Source: Macrostomum hystrix (taxonomy: Eukaryota > Animalia > Platyhelminthes). From it: a stretch of 64,000 bases of DNA. Position 1 is the first letter of the stretch. Every line of letters starts with the position of its first letter. The notes under the pieces are model-generated. The model was not told the origin of the DNA. It saw only the letters and a program-made list of their open reading frames with translations, and searched no databases. Both the position numbers and the translations under genes were made by a program. The stretch spans positions 19,468,001 through 19,532,000 of the forward strand of contig CATNEN010000001.1 in NCBI GenBank assembly GCA_950097015.1, in the 5' to 3' direction. Of this stretch, positions 52,585 to 64,000 are shown one piece after another.

Positions 52585-52771
52585 GCGCTCAAAAAATACA
52601 GCACAGCCTACTAACAGTAGACTGTGAGGAAATTGCGCCGAATTTTATTTACTATGCGCCCCCACCGGCGGCTCAAGCCGGTCGATCAATTACTGCGCTC
52701 AAAAAAAACAGCACAGCCTACTAACAATAGACTTTGAGGATATGCGCCGAATTTTATTTACCCTGCGCCCC
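52585..52771. repeat. Near-tandem ~77-bp duplication
   Basis: 52585-52662 matches 52695-52771. Confidence 0.8.
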
Positions 52772-52912
52772 GACCCCCCGCCACCTACCCTGCGCCTCCC
52801 ACCGGTGGGGCGCTGTCGGGGGCGCGCGGACATTCTATACGCCCGGGCGCCCAGCGCCCGGCGGGAGGCGCAGGGTGGGGCGTACAGAGGGGGCGTATAG
52901 TAATGTCCCACC

Positions 52913-55672
52913 GGGTAGGGCAGCCCGGACAGAATGGGCAACAGCGCTGGATGACCCATCCAGGGCCTCTGGCCAAACTGGGTACCTCTAGCCCTGGCTG
53001 GAGGGAGAGGTTTCATCACCCTTTGACCTTAACAGGGTATGCGGCCAGCCCGCAACGTTCGTGCACCTGTGCGTGATCAGGTACCTCAAGCTGCGGCTCT
53101 GAGGGACAGGTGTCACCCTTCGACCTTAACAGGGTATGCGGCCAGCCCGCAACGTTCGTGCACCTGTGCGTGATTAGGTACCTCTGGCTACGGCTGGTGG
53201 AAAGGTGATACCCTTCGACCTTAAAAGGGTGTGCAGCCAGTCTGCGGGCCTGGCAGTGCTCTAGGTGCCCTCTTATGCCTAAGGTCTCACCGCGCTGAGG
53301 GGCTGAAAGGCCCGGGGAGTTTTACCGGCCGTTAGCGGTTTATATTTTTTATTTCTACTTTTTTCGCATTCCAGCGACCTATGGAGTCAAACTTTAGCTC
53401 CAGCACGTCCCAGGAACCTGCTGAAACGCTGACTTCGGTCGGCGACGCAGAGCCAGGGCGACACCGGTTCCACCGGCGCCCCAAACCCATCCTGCTCCAC
53501 CGCCACTCAGGAAAGCACCAGAGCGGCTGGATCTAAGAGCAAACGCTCCCCTGCCACTCAGGCCCGCAGCTTCGCCCGTTTCCAGGAATTCCGGCGGCGC
53601 AAACAGGAAGCACGGTTGGCTGCGAAATCCGCGCCAACCACCGCCTCTGAGGAGGGGGCTGGCAACTCTGCGAACATCGCGGAGGAACCGGTACACAACA
53701 AGGAGGCGGACTCCTCGCGTCGTCCGGGAAACCCGGAAACGCGTAAAAGTGCTGCCCAGGCTTCTCGGGCGTCCGGTTCCTCTCGTGGCGGAACCTCTCA
53801 CAGTCGTCCGGAAACTCCAACGACTGCTTGGGAGGGCCGTTGCGGGAGGCGCTGGCCAAACCAGAGAGCCAAAGCGCACTTACGCTGCTATGGCAAAGAG
53901 GCAGCCGGCCTTGGTTATCCGAGGCCAGGAGACGCCCCTCTCGACAGCGAAACTCGACCAGATTTGGCGCAGATTGGATTCCTATCTGGTCAAACTGGCA
54001 CTGAGCGGCACTGTCCTACACGTCCTGAAGACCGACATCCAGGACCAAGCCCTCATTGTCCAGCCTGCCGACAACCAGTCCGGACAGCAACACCTCGAGA
54101 TGCTGAAAACCTTCGACTGGGGCACGGAAATGGGCAACCTGTTTATCTACATGGAGGACGAGCGCCTCCGCAGACACACCGTCATCGTGTTTGGATCCCA
54201 GCTCGCAGCGCCATCACCAACGCCGGAGAACTGCGCCGCCTGCTGCTGGCAATCCACCCGGATCTGCCAGCAAACGGTGTCGTGGTTCATGAAACTATCA
54301 CCAGACCTGGTGGAGATGGTTTCACGGCCATTCTAGGACTGTCGGACAGCTGGAGGCTCCGCTGCCCAGACATGTCCTACATCAGTGCAGGTATCACTCG
54401 AATGCAGATCTTCAGCTTCGCGTCCGACGTCACTCGCCCGCCGCCCACGGAAAAGCGGAAACGGATGAATCAGAGCTCTGCCGGGCCCCTGCGCCCTGGA
54501 AAACAGACTCCTTGCCGCCACGACCACTCAGAGGACGCGGACCCTGTCAGTGGCAAAGCCGCGAGAGCCGCAGCGACAGGCGGACATGGTAAGGGCCGGA
54601 AACCCGCCCGCAGCACCATCCGCACTGGTTTGACTCAACGCGCCAAACAGCTGCCGGACCCCAACAGAGGACGCCATCGCAGCACTCCCCGGCCCAATGT
54701 CTCATCGGAACCCCCGGCGGAAAACCGGGCTGAGGATACGGACGCCGCTGTTCCGGCAGCCCCAGCCTCGGCTGTGGATCCGATTCAGGAGGAACCGATG
54801 GAGCTCGGGCAAAACACCGGCGAGGATGAGGAATCTCTCCTGAACAACTCGCCGTAGGCCAGCAGGCGGCCGTACGGACCGCCATTCTGGGGTGAGCTTC
54901 CTGCAGCTAAACCTGCACCACTGCATCGCGGCCTCGACTAACCTGGCGCGTGTGGTGGACTTCGTAAAACCCGGCATCATCTTCCTCCAGGAGCCCTGGA
55001 CGAAGAAAGGTAAGATTCTGAACATGCAGGTTTTGACTGTTTTTTCATGCCCCGAAACCCCAGGGCTGCTGTGTTCGCGACTACCACTAATCTCCTTGCC
55101 TACATCTGCACCACTAATATTGAGTTCTGCAACTCGGGTGGCACACCCACCTTTGACAATGGGCGATGGACGGAGGTCCTTGACGCCACCCTCGTCTCTC
55201 AGGGCCTGATCCCTCTGATCAGGGACTGGCAGGTGTGGTACGAAGAGGAATCTCTGTCTGACCATCGTTTCATTCGCTTCCGGTTGCAAAGCTCCTACTC
55301 CACGATGGTATTCTGTGGAAAAGGAACGCCCGGAACGCTGACTGGACGGCCTTTGCGGAATCCGTGAAGCGCCAGACCAACCAGTTAGAATGCGTCGTTC
55401 CTACCATCTGTCAAGAAGTGGACGATCTAGCTGATCTACTCAGTACGACCATCCTGACAGCTCATGAAACCTCTTGCCCCCTTAAAGCCTACAAAGGCAA
55501 AAAATCCGCTCCCTGGTGGAACCCAGTGCTTGGAACCCTCCGGCGCAAGGCCAAATCCCTCCAGCGGATTGCGCGGAAAAGCAAGGACCCAGCTGACCTG
55601 ACCGCTTACCAGGATGCGATTCACGACTTTAAGCGTGACACCAGGAAAGCGAAGTCCGAAAAGTGGTGCCAA
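52913..55672 (+). mobile_element. LOA/R1-group LINE, 5' part (UTR, frameshifted ORF1, APE endonuclease); RT missing
   Basis: ORF1 ATG 53381 with a DUF4780-like VWIP...HPDL segment; ORF2 FLQLNLHHC...QEPW, NSGGTPTF...LDATL...SDHRFIRF, PWWN. The 5' boundary is approximate. Confidence 0.82.
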
Positions 55673-56053
55673 TAATGCGCCGAGCTTGAGGAGAGTCCAG
55701 GAGGTGGAGAGTCGCTCGACCGATGACCCTAAGGTAACGGACGAGCTTGCCGATGTTCTCAGGCCTGAAAACGTCGGAGAGATCCGGGCTTGGGCCGAGA
55801 TAGGTGAGCCGGTCCTGAGTGAAGGCGGGGCAGTCGCAAATAAAATGCTCTGCATCCTCAACATAGGAGAGGCAGAAGGGGCATTCCTCACTGCGGATTT
55901 TGCCTTGCAGGAAGCGGTGCCTGGCGAAACAGCCGTGGCCAGAGAGGGCCATGGCGACTGCCCTGATGTCCCTGCGGTTTAATCCAAGCAGGGCTTTGCG
56001 GAGGGCAGTGGAGGGACAAAGAACAGCAGCGCGAGACTGCCGACGATCGGCGG
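55673..56053 (-). mobile_element. 3' end fragment of a LOA-like LINE ORF2 in opposite orientation
   Basis: ALSGHG...CPFC...[17 protein letters not shown] region. Confidence 0.8.
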
Positions 56054-56469
56054 TGTGGCGGCCAGACCAGCACGCTGCTGGCGCGGGTAGTGCACCTGCA
56101 CTCAATCGGCCTGACTCACCCTGCCCGGGGGGTGGGTGCACCCAGACGGCTGGCGCGCTAAGCCGCAGGGTCTGGCACGGACTATGCGCACCTCCCCATG
56201 CCTCTCTGTCGCGCAGTATTTATATGCGATTGTGAAAAATAAAAGTTAACCTTCTCTCGCGCCATTTCATTTTGCGAGTCGAGTTTGCGGAGGGCAGTGG
56301 AGGGACAAAGAACAGCAGCGCGAGACTGCCGACGATCGGCGGTATTGATTCATCTGTCCTTGTGCTTTGAGGCCACCCACTGGTTAATCCGAGTGTTGAC
56401 GACGGTGCGCCATTTCATTTTGCGAGTCGCTAAATTGGTGAGCCCGACAACCCCAGCCGTAGCTGAGGA

Positions 56470-57168
56470 ATGACTACGGAGTCAGCCGTTGCACTCAAAC
56501 TGCCCACGTTTTGGGCATCTCAACCTCGTATTTGGTTTGTTCAGGCCGAAGCTCAATTCGCTCTGCGGAAGATCTCCTATGACGACACGAAGTACAGCCA
56601 CGTCATCGCGGCGCTCGATCAGCAGACCCCCGAGCGGCTCATCGACGCGCTGGAGAATCCGCCGAGGGAAGAAAAGTACAAGAGGCTGAAGGAGCACCGG
56701 CACGGCACCTTTGAGCTGTCCCGACAACAGCGGGCCAGCCGCCTGCTCAACATGTCCGGCCTCGGCGACAGGCGTCCCACGGAGTTGATGGACGAGATGC
56801 TCGCCCTGCTTGGAGACCACCGGCCCTGCATGCTCTTCGAAGAGCTGTTCCGCCAGCAGCTGCCCGCTGAGGTCAGAATGGCAATGGCGACCGCCGACTT
56901 CAGCGACCCGCGGGAAGCAGCGCAGCTCGCCGACAAGCTGTGGGCCAGCCGGCCGCAGCTCGCCGCGGCCTCCGTCCAGCACCCGGCAGCGGAGCCCACC
57001 CAGCCGGTGGTTTCGGCGACCCGTCGGGGCGGCAGTCGGCCGTCTAAGCAGCAACAACATCACCCTGACGACGGCCTGTGCTACTTCCATCGCCGTTTCG
57101 GAGCCAAGGCACGCCGCTGCGAATCTCCATGCAGCTTCCAGGGAAACGGGCAGGCCGGCCGTCAGTGA
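56470..57168 (+). CDS. gag: Gypsy gag (CsRn1-like)
   Basis: Intact 232-aa ORF with CHCC zinc knuckle. Confidence 0.85.
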   Translation: MTTESAVALKLPTFWASQPRIWFVQAEAQFALRKISYDDTKYSHVIAALDQQTPERLIDALENPPREEKYKRLKEHRHGTFELSRQQRASRLLNMSGLGDRRPTELMDEMLALLGDHRPCMLFEELFRQQLPAEVRMAMATADFSDPREAAQLADKLWASRPQLAAASVQHPAAEPTQPVVSATRRGGSRPSKQQQHHPDDGLCYFHRRFGAKARRCESPCSFQGNGQAGRQ

Positions 57169-58892
57169 ACAGCTCGGCGGCCGGCAACAGCAGCAGCCTG
57201 CTCCTCATCCCCGATGTGCAGACGGGCCGGCGCTTCCTGGTCGACACCGGCGGCGAGGTCAGCATTTTCCCCGTCGATGGCTCGGATGCTCGCCTGCACA
57301 CGCCCGGCCCGCCGCTCTTCGCAGCCAACGGCAGCCTCATTCGTACCTTCGGCACCCGCCAGCTCACGCTCGACCTCGGAATCCGGCGCTGCTCGTGGCC
57401 GTTCATCCTGGCCGAGGTCTCCCGCCCGCTGATCGGCGCCGACTTCCTGCGACACCACGGCCTGCTGGTGGACCTGCCGCACCGGCGACTCCTGGACGCC
57501 CGCTCATTCGCCAGCGTGCACCTGCTGGACGGCACGGGGCCCGGACTGCAGCTCGCCGCAGCCGCCGCTGCGGACCCGTACAGCCAGCTGCTGGCCGAGT
57601 TCCCCGCCCTCACCGAGCCCAGCTTCCAGCGAGCGGAGCCGCGCCACGGGGTCGAGCACCACATCCCGACTCAGGGCCCGCAGGTCCACGCCCGCCCTCG
57701 CCGCCTGCCGCCGGACAAGCTGGCGGTGGCCAAGGAGGAGTTCCGGCTCCTGGAGCAGCTCGGCATCGCGCGCCGGTCCAACAGCCCGTGGTCCTCGCCG
57801 CTGCACATGGTGCCCAAGGCCTCGGGCGGGTGGCGGCCCTGCGGCGACTTCAGGCGGCTCAACGACGCCACGGTGCCCGACCGCTACCCAATGCCGCACA
57901 TCCAGGACTTCTCGGCCCGCCTGGCCGGCTGCTCGGTTTTCTCCAAGATCGACCTCGTCCGCGGCTACCACCAGGTGCCCGTGGCCGCAGCCGACGTGCC
58001 CAAGACTGCCGTCACCACCCCATTTGGCCTCTTCGAGTTCCTGCGAATGCCATTCGGCCTCAAGAACCCTGCCCAGGCCTTTCAGCGACTGGTGGACTCC
58101 GTCTGCCAAGACCTGGACTTCGTCTTTGCCTACATCGACGACTTCCTGGTTGCCAGCCGCAGCCCGCAGCAGCACCTGGAGCACCTGCGGACGCTGTTCC
58201 AGCGCCTAGCCGACAACGGCCTCATCATCAACCCGGCCAAGTGCGAGTTCGGCCGCAGCGAAATCGACTTCCTCGGCCACCGCATCAGCGCCCAGGGAGC
58301 CGTGCCGCTGCCCGCCAAGGTCGACGCCATCGCCCGGTTCGCGCCACCGGCCACCGTCAAGGGCCTGCAGGAGTTCGCCGGCATGGTCAATTTCTACCAC
58401 CGCTTCGTGCCGCGCGCCGCCCAGCTGCTGCGCCCCATCCACGCGGCCATGGCAGGCAAGGAGAAGCTCGTCCGCTGGACGCCCGAGCTGACCGCCGCAT
58501 TCGACGGAGCGAAGCGGGCGCTGGCCTCCGCCGCCATGCTGGCGCACCCGCGACCGGACGCGCCCATCGCCCTCACCGTCGACGCCTCGGACACCGCGGT
58601 CGGCGCGGCACTAGAGCAGCGTGTCGGCGGCGCCTGGCTGCCGCTCGCCTTCTTCAGCCTGCAGCTCCGCCCGCCCGAGCAGAAGTACAGCGCCTTCGAC
58701 CGCGAGCTGCTCGCCCTGTACCTAGCGGTCCGGCACTTCCGTTACTTCCTCGAGGGCCGCGTGTTCACCGCCTTCACGGACATCAAGCACGTGGCGGGCA
58801 AGGACAACCCGGTCGCAGACGCGCTGTCCCGCTGCACGGTCTCCTCGGTGCAGCCCCGGTTTCTCCCCGGCGTGGACTTCGCGGCCATGGCG
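57078..58892 (+). pseudogene. pol: Gypsy pol (PR-RT-RH), broken by the Copia insertion and an RNase H deletion
   Basis: [24 protein letters not shown]; frame resumes into HHCC integrase after 63308. Confidence 0.85.
57141..57147 (+). promoter_or_regulatory. -1 ribosomal frameshift slippery site G GGA AAC
   Basis: XXXYYYZ heptamer in the gag/pol overlap; pol is in the -1 frame. Confidence 0.75.
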
Positions 58893-61800
58893 TATTAAGA
58901 AAGTCTTATTTAAGGATAGTAGACTCAGCGTTTATTTAGAACGGATTTAGAGAAAGATAAAGGGGGTGAGACAATTAGGTAGCTCTGGCGTAGCTCAACA
59001 GAAGTTACAGGTACAGTTTGGAAATTTAGCAATCTACCATAGATATAAAGCTTACTTAGATTCTAGAAAATTCTAGAAGGAAAACTTTAGGATTTACTTA
59101 CTATTAATAGATGCAGCTATTTTTAAGATAAACGATTACATATTAACACTCCCACTTACTGTTTAGATTAAAAATTCTAATGCGTTCAGATCATGCAAAC
59201 ATACTTTTAATAAAGAGTTAGATGTCAGATCTGGAAGCAGTTATCAGTTCAGTCTGAAATACTCGTATTAACGAACGGGAATTAGTTCTTTAAGTAATTG
59301 AAACTTGGCATTCGACAGTGCTTTTGTAAGAATGTCAGCAACCATTTCTTCAGACGGACAGTAAACTAGTCGTAAAGTTCCACTGACTAACTTCTCACGC
59401 ACGAAATGGTGACGGATATCAATGTGCTTGGAACGACTGTGGTAGACAGGATTTTTCGCTAGAGCAATACAGCCTTGATTGTCTTCTAGGATAGTGGCAC
59501 ATCTGACAGTTTCTATGCGAAGATCCCGTAGTAATTGTTGTAACCAAGTGGCTTCCTGAGTAGCAGCTGAGAGAGCCATGTACTCCGCCTCCGTTGTCGA
59601 TAAGGCTACAGTTTGTTGCTTTTTGCTGCTCCAGCTAATCGGACATTCAGCCAACTTGAAGATGTATCCTGTAGTAGAACGACGGTCATTTTGATCTCCA
59701 GCCCAGTCTGCATCGGAATAGCCAATTAGGTCAATTTCGCGCGAGTCCTTCTGAAAAACTAATCCAGATGAAATCGTTCCTTTTAGGTACCTTAGGACAC
59801 GCTTCACTCCACTCCAATGCTGTTCAGTTGGGTCTGAGCAGTAACGCGCGAGAACTCCCACTGCAGCTGAAATATCTGGTCGTGTAGCTAATGCTGCATA
59901 GTTTAGACTTCCTACTGCGGCCTGATACATAGTTTTGTCCACCTTAGCATCGCAGTCTTGTGCAGTGTAGAACTTGACACTTGTATCCATTGGTGTTGAT
60001 ACCGGTTTACAGTTAATCATGTTGAATTTTGATAGGACACTATTTAAATAGCGTTCTTGGTTCAGAAACAAAGAGCCATTATTCCACGTAGCTTGAACTC
60101 CAAGAAAGTAGTGAAATTCGCCTAAGTCTTTCATTTTAAATTTCGATTGCAGTTCTTGCTTCAACACAAACATGTAATCATCAGAAGCGGTTAGCAAAAT
60201 GTCGTCCACGTACACACCGATCGCAGATTGAGAGTTAGCATAAATGCATGGTTCTGACTTTGCCTGCGTGAGGTTAAGACTTAAGAGTTCATCATGGAGC
60301 GTTTGATTCCAACATCGAGGTGCCTGTTTTAGTCCGTATAGACTTCTTTCAAGTTTGCATACTAGCGTTTCCTTGCCTTCAACCACAAATCCTTCCGGTT
60401 GTTCCATATAGATTTCCTCGTCTAGTTTGCCGTTTAGAAATGCTGTTACGACATCCATCTGGTGAATTTTCCAATCTCGTTGAATTCCAAGAGCTAGTAG
60501 AGTTCTGATTGATGTAAATCGAGCTACTGGTGCGTAAGTCTCCTCATAATCTACACCATGTTCTTGAGAGTATCCTTTAACAACCAATCTTGCTTTAAAT
60601 CTATCTACTAAGTTGTCTGACTTGTACTTGACACGAAATACCCATTTACAGCCAATAGTTTGACGTCCTTTAGGTAGTTCAACCAGTTTCCAGGTCTTGT
60701 TCTCCATCAGTGACTCATACTCGGCGTTTGCAGCCTCTTGCCAGTCTCTAGAAAAAGGGCTGTCCAATGCTTCCTTCAGAGTTTTTGGTTCTTCAATTTG
60801 TGTTGCCACAGATGCTACGTAACGGTCAACGGGCTTCTTATCTCGAGTTGATCTCCGAACTTCTTGTTTGTCGACATTTCCAGAAACACATTTGAAATCA
60901 GACGCTGCAGCTTCCGTATCTGCATTCAGTTGAAGTCTCTCCTGCTTCTCCGATACTTGTTTAACGAAGCACGACTCTTTGAACGTTACATCTCGACTAA
61001 CGAACACGGTTTGTGTTTGGAAATCAAAACAGCGGTATCCTTTGGAAGTTTCCGAGTATCCAATAAATCTGACTTCCCGAGCTTTGGAGTCAAATTTGTG
61101 ACGCCTTTCAGCCGGGACATGGGCGTAGGCAACGCATCCAAATACTCGCAAATGCTGAACATTCGGCCTTTTACCAGTCCAAATCTGATATGGTATAGCT
61201 TTGTTGATTGCACTCGTTGATGACCGATTACGCAAATATGTTGCTGTAGAGATAGCTTCTGCCCAGAATTCTTTGCCAATATGAGCATGTGCAATCATTG
61301 TTCTTGCTGCCTCCACCAAGGTTCAGTTCATTCTCTCAGCTACTCCATTCTGCTCAGGAGAATGTGGGACTGTAGTTTGGTAAAAGATTCCGTTTTTGAC
61401 ACAGAACTTTTCAAATTCTCTTGATGTATACTCTCCACCATTGTCTGTCCGTAGAATCTTGATAGACTTGCCTGTTTGATTCGTAACGAAAGCCTGAAAA
61501 TTCTTGAATTTTTCAAAAACTTCTGACTTGTTTTTCATAAAGTAAACTGAGCAATAGCGCGAGTAATCATCAATAAATGTGACAAAGTACTTCGATCCTC
61601 CAATGGATGTAGTTTGCATTGGACCACACACGTCACTGTGAATTAGACCCAATAGTTCGCTTGACCTTGACGCTACACCCTTGGTAAATGGCGTTCTATG
61701 TAGTTTTCCTTCTATACATGCCGTGCAGAAACTGATGCTTCCAACTTTTGCGTCAATGCCGTCAACTTGCTTTTTATGAATTAGAGATTTTAGATCTTGC

Positions 61801-63303
61801 TCTCCTAGGTGACCATATCGCTGATGCCATAAATCTAAACTGTTGCATCCTGATAATACCTTTTCCTGTAGCATTTAGTTTGTGACCATCTGCTAACGAA
61901 ATTTTCTCTTCCACTGGCAATTTCTGGAAATCCACAAAATTCGTACGATCATTGGTCATGTGATTAGTTGCGCCTGAGTCCACAATCCAAGTAGTACTGA
62001 TTGACTCCTTTGATGCGCCCAAAGACACTGCCGAAAATGCAGAATCTTCACCCGAAACATTGCTATCTTCTTTCCCTACGCTTTCTGGAAAGTCTGCAAT
62101 CTTAGCCTGATGTTTCCGCCGATTTCTATTAAACTCTTGTGGTCTTGAACTTGTGCTAGTCGCACCTGTTACTGAGAGGCTGTTCTTATATTTGTAGCAT
62201 TGCTTCTTTACGTGACCAGGCTTATTACAGAAAAAGCATACTTTCGGTCTGACACTCTGGTGCTGTTGCTTATTAAATCCAACCAGAGCCTTCGAGTTGC
62301 TGCTAGATCCACAGCTTTCCTGCTCAAGTCGTTTTGACTCCTCGTGCAAAAGCCGTTCGTGTACGAATTCCATCGTCAGGTCGTCCGCCCGCGATTCCAG
62401 AGCTGTAATCAACCCGTCATAAGACTTCGGCAAACTATTTAGCAAAATTGTGACTTGATAGTCTTCGGGAACACCTGCCCCGATAGCCGACAATCGTTTG
62501 ACGATATCCTTGAGCTGATTAATATGCTCCTGCATGGATGCACCTTCCTCCATCTTGAGCGCCTGTAGTTTCCGATTTAGGAATAATTTATTTGCCAATG
62601 TACTTCGCTCGAAATGTGTTTTAAGCTTATTCCAGGCTTCCTTTGGAGTTTCTGCATCCTCAATGAGATGAATTTGACTATCTGCAACAGCCAATACGAT
62701 AGTTGCTAGGGCTTTATTCGCACGCCGATTGAAATGAACTTTGACCTCGTTGGTCGCGTCCTCAGCAAGTGTCTCGGTACCATTAACAACTTCCCAAAGT
62801 TCTCGCTCCATCAGAACGTTCTTCATCTTGAACTTCCAGATATTGTAGTTGGAACTATCCAACTTCTCAACCAGTAGCTTGGCATCGAAGGACATAGTGT
62901 CGATCCACCAACACAGCTGGTTGTTGAGCTGAACTTTCTAAGAGACGGTAGATGAGAACAATCACGCCGACTGACGCACTGCCACTAGAGCAGCTTTAGT
63001 GCTCAAACTGCAGCAGATCGCAGTGGAAGGGCGCAGGGCCCATAACCTATTAAGAAAGTCTTATTTAAGGATAGTAGACTCAGCGTTTATTTAGAACGGA
63101 TTTAGAGAAAGATAAAGGGGGTGAGACAATTAGGTAGCTCTGGCGTAGCTCAACAGAAGTTACAGGTACAGTTTGGAAATTTAGCAATCTACCATAGATA
63201 TAAAGCTTACTTAGATTCTAGAAAATTCTAGAAGGAAAACTTTAGGATTTACTTACTATTAATAGATGCAGCTATTTTTAAGATAAACGATTACATATTA
63301 ACA
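58893..63303 (-). mobile_element. Copia LTR retrotransposon, very recent insertion
   Basis: 256-bp LTRs 58893-59148 and 63048-63303 look identical. TSD TGGCG at 58888-92 and 63304-08. PBS GGTTATGGGCCC, PPT AAGTGGGAG. Order gag-PR-IN-RT(YVDD)-RH, with a frameshifting deletion near 61850 and a stop at 61323. Confidence 0.97.
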
Positions 63304-64000
63304 TGGCGCAGGCGCAGGCAGCCGACACGGCTGCACAGGCCGACGCCAGCCTCCAGCTCGAGCCGCTGCAGCTCAGCCCCGGCGTCGCCCTGCTCTGCGA
63401 TATCTCCACCGGCCAGCCGCGCCCGCTGGTGCCGCCGGACTTCCGCCGCGCCGTTTTCGACGCCATCCACGGCCTCGCCCACCCGTCAGTTCGCAGCACG
63501 CGGCGCCTCGTGGCCGCCAAGTTCGTGTGGGCCAGCATGAACAAGGACATCAGCCAGTGGGCCCGGTCCTGCGTCGCCTGCCAGACGGCCAAGGTTCAGC
63601 GGCACGTCGGCGCCCCGGTGGTCGGCATCCGCGTCCCGGACCAGCGCTTCGCCCACGTGCACGTCGACCTGGTGGGGCCGCTGCCGCCTTCGCAGGGTTT
63701 CACGCACCTGCTGACGATCGTGGACCGCTTCACCAGGTGGCCAGAGGCGATCCCGATGGCCGACACCTCCGCTGCATCCTGCGCCTCCGCCTTCATCGCC
63801 CACTGGATCGCCAGGTTCGGCGTGCCAAGCGACATCACCTCGGACCGCGGCCCCCAGTTCACGTCGCAGCTGTGGTCCAACGTCTCCCGGCTCCTCGGCA
63901 TGCAGCTGCACCGGACAACGGCCTTCCAACCGCAGGCGAACGGGCTGGTCGAGCGGTTCCACCGGCAGCTGAAGGCCTCCCTCATGGCGCGCCTGGCGGG

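Larger units (their letters stand above)
56054..64000 (+). mobile_element. CsRn1/Kabuki-clade Gypsy element, interrupted by Copia, runs off window
   Basis: LTR starts TGTGGCG at 56054. tRNA-Trp-like PBS TGGTGAGCCCGAC at 56436. Gag KLPTFW with CYFH...C...C knuckle. PR DTG, RT YIDD; IN resumes after 63303. Confidence 0.92.

Noticed and set aside
56810-58939. 709-aa Arg/Pro-rich ORF overlapping pol, and many antisense ORFs in the Gypsy elements
   Set aside because: Shadow frames of GC-rich, codon-biased retroelement sequence

Overview
Eukaryotic (metazoan) genomic DNA. The minisatellite-stuffed introns and transposon mix suggest a free-living flatworm such as Macrostomum, but that is inference only. 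The left half (1-30 kb) is genic. It holds the 5' ten coding exons of a kinesin-3 KIF13/Khc-73 gene on the minus strand (ATG 19552, continuing past position 1), with minisatellites in most introns. Head-to-head with it is a 3-exon gene for a ~1504-aa protein. This protein fuses a long atypical ankyrin-like solenoid to a Mab-21/cGAS-like (cGLR) nucleotidyltransferase with apparently intact catalytic motifs. Convergent with that is an intronless secreted double C-type lectin, plus a partial pseudogene copy. The right half (30-64 kb) is a nested transposon stack: an intron-containing Crypton-type tyrosine-recombinase element with terminal direct repeats, two Mag-like Gypsy elements (one carrying a LINE and a mariner, one bounded by inverted LTR/PBS copies), a Tc1-like fragment, a deleted mariner, a 13-bp satellite split by a CACTA remnant, a LOA-like LINE with structured 5' repeats, and a CsRn1-like Gypsy interrupted by a very young Copia. 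The best candidates for novelty are the ANK-solenoid-cGLR receptor next to the lectin, and the Crypton with its cluster of CCATAGACA sites. All calls come from reading motifs by eye; no database searches were run.
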